Shown piece after piece: positions 57,832 through 64,000 of a stretch of 64,000 nucleotides of DNA. The DNA is from a virus: IMG/VR virus record IMGVR_UViG_3300025154_000052, positions 64,001 through 128,000 of that record, one strand, 5' to 3'. The notes under the pieces were generated by a model, which saw nothing but the letters and a program-made list of their open reading frames with translations, was not told where the DNA came from and did no database searches. Positions within the stretch are counted from its first letter, which is position 1; every line of letters begins with the position of its first letter. A program made the position numbers and the translations under genes.

Positions 57832-58491
57832 GGGGCTGTAGTTCAGTGGGGGAACGTCTGGCCTGCAGTATACAAGACGTTTGTATGTGGAGCGCACATA
57901 GCCTGACAGAGATTGGCACCAGAGGATAGCGGTTCAAGCAGAAAAGTACTTCAGTGGCGCAAGAAGAGTCAGAGTACATCACATCTGATAGCTATGATGG
58001 CTACTTCAGGAAACTGTATGCTAAGGTGTGTGCTCAATGTGGAGCAACGTTTTATTTGCCAAGGCACATACTTAATGGTGCAAAGTTTTGTAGCAAAAAG
58101 TGCCATGCTAAGACGAAGCAACGCCGCGAGACTCTCACATGCTCACAATGTGGAAAGCAATTCGTCAAACTAACAGGCAAGAAAAAGAATTCAAGACATG
58201 GTTTTTACTTTTGTACCAGAGCATGCAAGGATTTGGCTCAGAGAATTGGCGGGATTGAGGAAATACGGCCAGGACAATACAAAAACGGAAAGAGTTATTA
58301 CAGGGAACGTGCACTCCGGGAATACGGGCAGAAATGTTGTCAATGTGGATACGACAAGTATTCTGCAATGTTAGACGTTGATCATATCGATAATAACCGT
58401 GAACATAATTCACTGGAAAATCTGCAAGTATTATGCGTCTGGTGCCATGCTTTAAAAACGAGAAAGACGCCAGTTCACGACCGCTAGTCCA
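57832..58491 (+). pseudogene. tRNA(Ala-like) gene interrupted in the anticodon loop and in the T-loop
   Basis: GGGGCTG-TA-GTTC..GAAC D-arm; TCTGG/CCAGA anticodon stem 57 nt apart; AGCGG-TTCA at 57928 and CCGCT-AGTCC at 58481. Confidence 0.6.
57954..58487 (+). CDS. HNH endonuclease with N-terminal Zn fingers
   Basis: CCQCG...DVDHIDNNREHNSLENLQVLCVWCH; AT-rich relative to flanks. Confidence 0.9.
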   Translation: MAQEESEYITSDSYDGYFRKLYAKVCAQCGATFYLPRHILNGAKFCSKKCHAKTKQRRETLTCSQCGKQFVKLTGKKKNSRHGFYFCTRACKDLAQRIGGIEEIRPGQYKNGKSYYRERALREYGQKCCQCGYDKYSAMLDVDHIDNNREHNSLENLQVLCVWCHALKTRKTPVHDR

Positions 58492-58691
58492 AAATGGCGC
58501 CGACTCCATTTGAATCCTCACTGGCTCGGCTTTCCGCCCTTCGTCAGTGCCGTTGGCTTGACCAACGGAGACATGCACTAGGCTTAAGGCTGCGTGCGGC
58601 CGCATGTCTGCAAATTACCGCAGATAGGCACTATGGACTGGCCTCCTTGTGTTGAATGTTAGCCTGGCGGGCTGGAAAAGGCCCGCGTTAT

Positions 58692-58775
58692 GGGATCGTA
58701 GCTCAATCGGATAGAGCAACTACACGGCGCGCCAAGGTGTAGCAAGTGCCAGTTCGATCCTGGCCGATTCCACCA
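58692..58775 (+). tRNA. tRNA-like RNA with non-canonical anticodon arm (Arg-like body, encoded CCA)
   Basis: GGGATCG/CGATTCC acceptor, GCTC-AATCGGATA-GAGC D-arm, GCCAG-TTCGATC-CTGGC T-arm, ACCA; CTACAC/GTGTAG stem with 11-nt loop GGCGCGCCAAG. Confidence 0.75.
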
Positions 58776-59062
58776 GAGACGGTCATCCAAGACTCCCACG
58801 TCGTTAAATACTTGGAGTCTTCGGCATGTGCGTGAGGCATTTACGGGCATGCCTTCAGGAATCCCGAACCTGAAGTATTAGCGCAGCCCGAAGGGGACGG
58901 ACAGGGGAAGCTGCTCGTTCGATCCGAGCGCCGATGTAAGGTGTCTGAAACTGCCTTATCTGTGTAGGGCGTGACCCGGCACGTTAACCGGGAGTCTTTC
59001 ATGAGGCGCCCATACTACGGGCTTAATGGCGCTGCTTGTTGAACAGCGCCGCCTTATCTTTC

Positions 59063-59135
59063 ACCGCTGCAGCGTGGCTGGATCGCACGCCGGGACGCGC
59101 AACCGGAAGCCTGGGTTTGATTCTCAGCGGCGGTC
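59063..59135 (+). tRNA. degenerate tRNA-like RNA (GCG at the anticodon position, no U33)
   Basis: ACCGCTG/CGGCGGT acceptor, CTGGG-TTTGATT-CTCAG T-arm, CCGG/CCGG stem with ACGCGCA loop. Confidence 0.55.
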
Positions 59136-59141
59136 GTTAAC

Positions 59142-59660
59142 GTGAACATGGAGGCTGAAATGCAGTATCAACTTGGTGACATGGTCCAGTGGAGTAGTCA
59201 GGCTGCCGGTCATGTGAAGGTAAAGACCGGTGAAGCTCTAGCAGTCCTGCCCGCCAAGGTCGCTGTCCATAAGGTCGTCAAGCCGATATTGGCGGATGGT
59301 CAACATACCAGCGAGATACCGGGCAAGGCGCGCCCGAAGCTTTACTGGCCTCGAGTGTCGGCACTGTCTCTCGTGAGTCGTCCGGAGTTGTCGGTTGAGG
59401 AAGATGTTGATGACGAGTCGGACGTTGACTCAGTGACCCTGGCCACGTTCAAGCACAAGTCCGGCAGCAAGAAGCGAATGACCGGAACCGTGTTGACCAG
59501 CGGTGTGAGCGCTGAGACTGCCGCGTACCAATTCGCCCGCACTCACCGGATCTGTTTCAACACGAATTCCGAGGGCGATGTCTTCATCGAGATCCCCTCG
59601 TTGCACCGCAAGCCGCGTCTGTACTGTCGGCGCGGATGTCAGGTCAGTTACTCGATGTGA
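59142..59660 (+). CDS. hypothetical phage protein
   Basis: GDMVQWSSQAAG.VKVKTGE...KLYWPRVSAL pattern. Confidence 0.6.
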   Translation: MNMEAEMQYQLGDMVQWSSQAAGHVKVKTGEALAVLPAKVAVHKVVKPILADGQHTSEIPGKARPKLYWPRVSALSLVSRPELSVEEDVDDESDVDSVTLATFKHKSGSKKRMTGTVLTSGVSAETAAYQFARTHRICFNTNSEGDVFIEIPSLHRKPRLYCRRGCQVSYSM

Positions 59661-59748
59661 TCCTGTTCGATTGGCTACACGAGTCCTGCACATGCAGCCG
59701 GTAAGAGTCCGGAAGTTCAGTGCCGTTGAACACGACGGCGCTACCTTT

Positions 59749-59819
59749 GGTCCCATAGTCTAGTGGCAAGACACCGCTCTTTCACGGCGGAAGCCAGGGT
59801 TCAATTCCCTGTGGGATCA
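59749..59819 (+). tRNA. tRNA-Glu(TTC)
   Basis: Full cloverleaf; CCGCT-CT TTC AC-GGCGG; CAGGG-TTCAATT-CCCTG. Confidence 0.92.
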
Positions 59820-59824
59820 TTCAC

Positions 59825-60016
59825 ATGGAGATCGACGTGGATAAAGAAAGCGACTTCCTCAAGTCCATTCTGTTGACCAGTCCCGAGTCTGGTAAGGCAC
59901 TCCATGTCACGGATGTGAGAGGCAAAGAGGCAGGTCTTGACCATCTCGAGATCACAACCGAGTCTGACGACAAGATGGAGCGGTGGAAATACTCCATCAA
60001 GGTCGAAGAGGTCTAA
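59825..60016 (+). CDS. small acidic hypothetical protein
   Basis: 63-aa ORF between tRNAs. Confidence 0.45.
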   Translation: MEIDVDKESDFLKSILLTSPESGKALHVTDVRGKEAGLDHLEITTESDDKMERWKYSIKVEEV

Positions 60017-60017
60017 C

Positions 60018-60089
60018 GCTTCCATAGCTCAGTGGTAGAGCAGCCGGCTTTTAACCGGCAGGTCGTAGGTTCAAATCCTACTGGGGGCA
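60018..60089 (+). tRNA. tRNA-Lys(TTT)
   Basis: Full cloverleaf; GCCGG-CT TTT AA-CCGGC; GTAGG-TTCAAAT-CCTAC. Confidence 0.92.
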
Positions 60090-60106
60090 TTCCATTTTAC
60101 AGTTTC

Positions 60107-60462
60107 GGGGGCGAAATAGATTCGACGGGGGAACGGTAGATCAGGGCAGCGTGCAGAGGTGGGTCGCCTCGTTAAACAGGCTCAAAACCATAGTCGCAAA
60201 CAACACCGACTACTACGCCGACTACGACCGTCAGGCCGCTTAGTGGGCTGTTCGCCTGGTTCAGACTGCGGGGCCAGGTGGGCATAATGCCAGCAGTCAA
60301 AACCCTCGTGGAGCGCAGGACTAAACGAGGGAATATCACCTGCTAGCCCGGCAGACTGTGTGCCTGCAGATCTAGGGCGAAACTGATCAGAGCACTACGC
60401 ACGTAGACACCTTGAGTCGAGTTCTTTCGGACCCGATGGGCGGTACATCGGCGCCTCCACCA
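60107..60462 (+). ncRNA. ssrA: tmRNA, tag (A)ANNTDYYADYDRQAA*
   Basis: GGGGGCG/CGCCTCC-ACCA acceptor with G3.U70, ATTCGAC, TAGTC-GCA AAC resume site, tag ending AA-stop. Confidence 0.92.
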
Positions 60463-60484
60463 TTTCTGGCAAGCCCAGTTGACA

Positions 60485-60525
60485 AAAAGGGGCGATTCTA
60501 TCGCAGAGTCGCCCCTTTTTCTTTT
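60485..60525. terminator. bidirectional intrinsic terminator
   Basis: aaaaaggggcgattct...agagtcgccccttttt. Confidence 0.85.
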
Positions 60526-60684
60526 CTTCTACCAAACTCATCCATTTGACCCCTGAACGCTGCCCGATGGCATCAGATTTGCGCATGCCCACACGCTGGG
60601 GATAATAGAGTTAGGCACTCACGACGCGTGTTGATTTTTGTCAACACGCCGCATTTGGGATACTGTTGAGACAGGAGACGGGAC

Positions 60685-60996
60685 ATGACACCGGGAACCA
60701 CGGTGGGCTTGGGTGAGGTCATCAAGACCTTTGCAAACTCGAGTCCAAACTACATCCCCTACATCGTGATTCTGATCTCCATCATCCTGGGGGTGCGGGC
60801 AGTCTGGGCACGGTTTGCCCCGCATATCTCAAAGACAATGGAACTCTTGAACAGATCCCTTGAGCACTCCCTGCAGATGGGCATGGAGGAAAGGAGACTG
60901 CTTCAGGAGGTGAAAGAGGAGATCCGTCGTGAGAAATCAACTCGCAAGCGTGGTGGGCGCGTATCAGGACCCCGGGGATCCGACGACAGCGAGTGA
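60685..60996 (+). CDS. small membrane protein, holin-like
   Basis: One strong TM helix (YIPYIVILISIILGVRAVW), basic tail; near lysin and terminase. Confidence 0.5.
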   Translation: MTPGTTVGLGEVIKTFANSSPNYIPYIVILISIILGVRAVWARFAPHISKTMELLNRSLEHSLQMGMEERRLLQEVKEEIRREKSTRKRGGRVSGPRGSDDSE

Positions 60997-61143
60997 TGTT
61001 GCATTCGAGATCCACCGGCACCGTCACAGTCGGGCGATCAAGCGGTATGCCAAGATTGCCGGACTGTACCTGGCTATCAATGTCTTGCGGGGGTCGGTTC
61101 TGAGTTATTCACTGATGGTAGGCATGGGGGCGATGCTTACCAC

Positions 61144-62940
61144 ATGCACGATCGCGGATGCCCCGGCGCAGAAAGCGGAATGGAAACACGTTGGGAAAAG
61201 ATAGCAAAGCTTCAGGAACTCGAGAAGATCAGCGCAGTCGCGCGGGCCAGAAAGGTCAAGCAGGCGCGACATGACACCAACGTCTTCGTCGAGTATTGCT
61301 TTTCCGACTCCCGGCGCAAGAACCCGGACGGAACCCCGCATCAGGTCCGCCAGTCGCAAGTTCATCGCGATTTCCAGTCCGCCATAGATACCCAGGAATA
61401 CATCTTTGGCGAACTTCCTCGAGACACCGGCAAGACGACACAGTGTGTGGCCAGAGTGTTGTTCTGGCTGGGCAATAACCCGGATGAACTCATCAAGATC
61501 ATCTGCGTGAGTGATGCGGAAGCCAAGAAGCGTGTCCGCGAGATCACAGAGCACATTCTGCACAACCCACGAGTGCATGAAGTCTTCCCCCACCTGAAGC
61601 CAGCGAACATGGCAGGGTGGACTCAACACGCAATCTATTGCCAGCGTAAGATCATCTCGAAGGACGCCAGCGTCGAAGCTTACGGCCTGGACAGCTCTGG
61701 TATTGGTGGTCGTGCCACACGACTGCTATTCGATGACGTGGTCAATCCCAAATCCGTCCGCTCCGAGGCTATGCGTGAGGCGACAAAGGAGACCTTCTTC
61801 GGTGTCTGGCTCCCGATGGTCGAAGAGGACGACGACGGGGAAGCAGCGGGCTCACCAGTCAACGACGACGGGGAGGAGACCGACTTCAACTCTCTTCCCG
61901 ACACGCTACCGGACAGACGCGCTCGAGGCGGACAACTGGCCGAGTTACCTGAACGAGAATGCGCAGACGGGGCCAAAGTCGTCTGGATCGGGACGCCATG
62001 GCACAAAGCGGACCTCCATAGCGAGTTGAAGGCCAAGGCCCCTGAGATGGGCTGGTTTCTGTTCAGTCGTCCGGTGGGTGGCGAGTGGGCCAGGCAGCAG
62101 GCAGAAGCACGCGGCGAGGTCGCTGATGAGTTCAGTCCGGTGTGGCCTGAACAATGGGGACGAGTACGGCTTCAGAAACGCTTCGCGCGCCTCCCTCGCA
62201 TCCACTTCGCTCGAGCCTACTTGCTTCAGCCGATGTCTGACGATGATCGGATCTGGGATACAACGAAATTCCAGTTTACGACATGGGAAGTTATCGAAAA
62301 CGTGGAGATGGCGGGGGCGGTCGGAGCGTGGGACTTCGCCTTCACAGAGAAGAGCCGGAACGACCGTAACGGCTATGTATCGGTGGCTCTGGGCGAAGAT
62401 CTGAATATCTACGTCTTCAGGTCTTCAGCCTTCCGTGGAGGGCTCCAGAAGACGGCCAGGGCGATTGTCGACTGGGCCATCCGCGATCAACTCCAACACG
62501 TCGGTATGGAGGAGGTGGCGGCCCAGACATGGATGCGCCAGTACGTGAAAGAGATGGCGCTGCTGCCGCTCCGTCCGCTCCGTCCCCAGAAGGTGGGTGG
62601 GGACAAGATCAGCCGAGCCATCCGCACTCAGCCATACGTGGACCAGTGCCGAGTCTACTTTCTTCCCGGGACAGAAGATCTACAGGCCGAGATGGGGGAC
62701 TTCCCGTTCGGTGTCCATGACGACCTCGTTGACGCCTTCGTCTACTGCATCATCCTACTCATCGAATACTACCTGATGAACGAGGACATGCTCGAGGAAG
62801 GTGTACGATCACATGACACGTATGACGACGGGGCGCTACGAGTCCGAAGCATGGGCTTACAGATGACGACAGACAGCGATGATGTGGATGTGGAGTACGA
62901 GCGACCAGTGAGCGTTTTCGATCAGGTGAGGTGGATGTAA
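61144..62940 (+). CDS. terL: terminase large subunit
   Basis: PRDTGKTT Walker A, LLFDDVV Walker B, VWIGTPWH, AWDFA, HDDLVDAF nuclease motif. Confidence 0.9.
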   Translation: MHDRGCPGAESGMETRWEKIAKLQELEKISAVARARKVKQARHDTNVFVEYCFSDSRRKNPDGTPHQVRQSQVHRDFQSAIDTQEYIFGELPRDTGKTTQCVARVLFWLGNNPDELIKIICVSDAEAKKRVREITEHILHNPRVHEVFPHLKPANMAGWTQHAIYCQRKIISKDASVEAYGLDSSGIGGRATRLLFDDVVNPKSVRSEAMREATKETFFGVWLPMVEEDDDGEAAGSPVNDDGEETDFNSLPDTLPDRRARGGQLAELPERECADGAKVVWIGTPWHKADLHSELKAKAPEMGWFLFSRPVGGEWARQQAEARGEVADEFSPVWPEQWGRVRLQKRFARLPRIHFARAYLLQPMSDDDRIWDTTKFQFTTWEVIENVEMAGAVGAWDFAFTEKSRNDRNGYVSVALGEDLNIYVFRSSAFRGGLQKTARAIVDWAIRDQLQHVGMEEVAAQTWMRQYVKEMALLPLRPLRPQKVGGDKISRAIRTQPYVDQCRVYFLPGTEDLQAEMGDFPFGVHDDLVDAFVYCIILLIEYYLMNEDMLEEGVRSHDTYDDGALRVRSMGLQMTTDSDDVDVEYERPVSVFDQVRWM

Positions 62941-64000
62941 TGGAAGAGCAGGGATATAGCGGCTGGGAAATCAAGGTGTGCAGTCTGGGTGGGGCAGAGG
63001 ACCAACCGCAAGAGCGATGGGAAGACGCGATCGACAATGCTGATCGGGAGATCACCGCGAAAGATGCGGGAAACGCCACTGGGGACGCGTGGATCGACCG
63101 GCATGCACCGGCTCGAGCCAGCGTCCAGAAGTCAAGCATCCAGAAAAGTGACGACGGCGGGCCGCAGGACCTGGGCCGTATCGAGCCCGACATCATTCGG
63201 GTGGATGAGAACAAGCTCAACACGCTCTTCTCCGGTGTGGGCGTCATCCCGCCAGCGATCAGTTTTGCCTGGCTGGGCTTCATCGTTCGCAACTCCCCAT
63301 CCATCCGTCAGAACATCGAGGCGTACAATCACGGTATCGACGCGCACGGATACCAGCTCATGCCACGGGTGGATCTGGCATCTGAAAAGGTGGACGACGA
63401 GATCCGCGCCGTCATCTACATGGAGCGACTTCACGAGGCACGGGTGAAGCACTGGACGGATGGGGGAGACCCGCCCGAAGTGCAGTTGGAGATCGACGAC
63501 TCTGAGGTAGACGCCAGGAAGAAGCGGCTCAAACTCGAGATGGCGGCCGAGCAGGCACGGTTGCGGCTGTTCTTCGACAATCCGAATCCCAAGGAGACCC
63601 TGATCCGGATTCGCCGGCGCCTTCGCTGGGACCTGGAGACCTACGGCAACGGCTTCCTGGCCATCAATCGTAATCCATGGGGTGAGCCGCTTTCTCTGTG
63701 GTGGGTTCCCGCTCGCACGACTCGAGCCGTGAAGTTGTCTCCCGAGGACATGAACGTCGAGGTCAGCGACCGCGTGAAGATCAGCCCGGTTTCTTACGAC
63801 AAGGTGAAGGTAATCCGGTCGTTCCGGCGATACGTCCAGGGCATCGGTGAAGGAGACACACCGGCCGTGCCGAATGTGTACGGCGGCGGCATGATCTTCT
63901 TCAAGGAGATAGGCGACCCACGGCTGATCGGCAATCGCACCGGCCAGACGTACAAGACGAAGGCTGAACTGGACAAGGCGATCAAGATGGGGACCGAGAC
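62940..64000 (+). CDS. portal protein (5' part, runs off window)
   Basis: Open from ATG 62940 to the window end; RQNIEAYN.GIDAHGY, DLETYGNGFLAINRN..GEP.SLWWVP as in PBSX-type portals; directly after terL. Confidence 0.8.
   Translation, partial: MEEQGYSGWEIKVCSLGGAEDQPQERWEDAIDNADREITAKDAGNATGDAWIDRHAPARASVQKSSIQKSDDGGPQDLGRIEPDIIRVDENKLNTLFSGVGVIPPAISFAWLGFIVRNSPSIRQNIEAYNHGIDAHGYQLMPRVDLASEKVDDEIRAVIYMERLHEARVKHWTDGGDPPEVQLEIDDSEVDARKKRLKLEMAAEQARLRLFFDNPNPKETLIRIRRRLRWDLETYGNGFLAINRNPWGEPLSLWWVPARTTRAVKLSPEDMNVEVSDRVKISPVSYDKVKVIRSFRRYVQGIGEGDTPAVPNVYGGGMIFFKEIGDPRLIGNRTGQTYKTKAELDKAIKMGTE

Noticed and set aside
58494-58540. HDV-like/theta ribozyme (TCCTCACT-GGC-TCGGC resembles L3/P3/P1)
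   Set aside because: No P3 5' strand and no GG for P1.1 after P1.
57862-58690. Canonical group I intron or archaeal BHB intron in the split tRNA
   Set aside because: P7-forming segments are not in the expected order, and the bulge-helix-bulge pairing fails; left for cmsearch to settle.
58776-58880. IS200/IS605 end or omega-RNA remnant (cttcaggaatcccg-like text)
   Set aside because: Only a short resemblance; no tnpA/tnpB/iscB nearby, and the HNH lacks RuvC motifs.
1-64000. Numerous long antisense or overlapping ORFs in the track (e.g. 4..480+, 477..932+, 10498..11430+, 21243..22007-, 37851..38630-, 42945..43676+)
   Set aside because: They are shadows of motif-bearing genes on the other strand or frame in GC-rich DNA, with no RBS or recognisable motifs.

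Overview
This 64-kb window reads as part of a large, GC-rich, temperate tailed-phage genome (host not identifiable from sequence alone). Layout: (i) a leftward array of small early-type genes (1-11.6 kb) with a PP2C Ser/Thr phosphatase, an orphan dndC coupled to a radical-SAM gene, a deletion-fused PAPS-reductase remnant and an N6-MTase-like gene; (ii) a ~2.1-kb non-coding divergence region; (iii) a rightward array (13.8-38.9 kb) with a polynucleotide-kinase domain, DUF4942 MTase, HD hydrolase, Dda-like helicase, a DNA-modification-type cluster (SNF2 helicase, two GNATs, MTase, two tandem IbrA/IbrB-like PAPS-reductase/ParB pairs) and a DpdA-like transglycosylase; (iv) a leftward block of small genes each preceded by conserved hairpin leaders, three HTH-associated promoters, a tyrosine integrase and an intact attP carrying the 3' half of tRNA-Thr(CGT); (v) xis-like and CI-like regulators, exonuclease, DUF5131, DUF488, two Dam-type MTases and a CHAP lysin; (vi) an RNA cluster with tRNA-Glu(TTC), tRNA-Lys(TTT), a tmRNA with a non-canonical elbow, several aberrant tRNA-like genes (one split by an HNH gene) and unexplained structured RNAs; (vii) holin-like gene, large terminase and the start of the portal. 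A shared CATTAAAAT-N5-TTGA promoter motif recurs across the window, and CTCGAG appears strongly over-represented. All family assignments are from recognised motifs, not database searches. Some small hypothetical ORFs in the co-oriented arrays are not listed individually.
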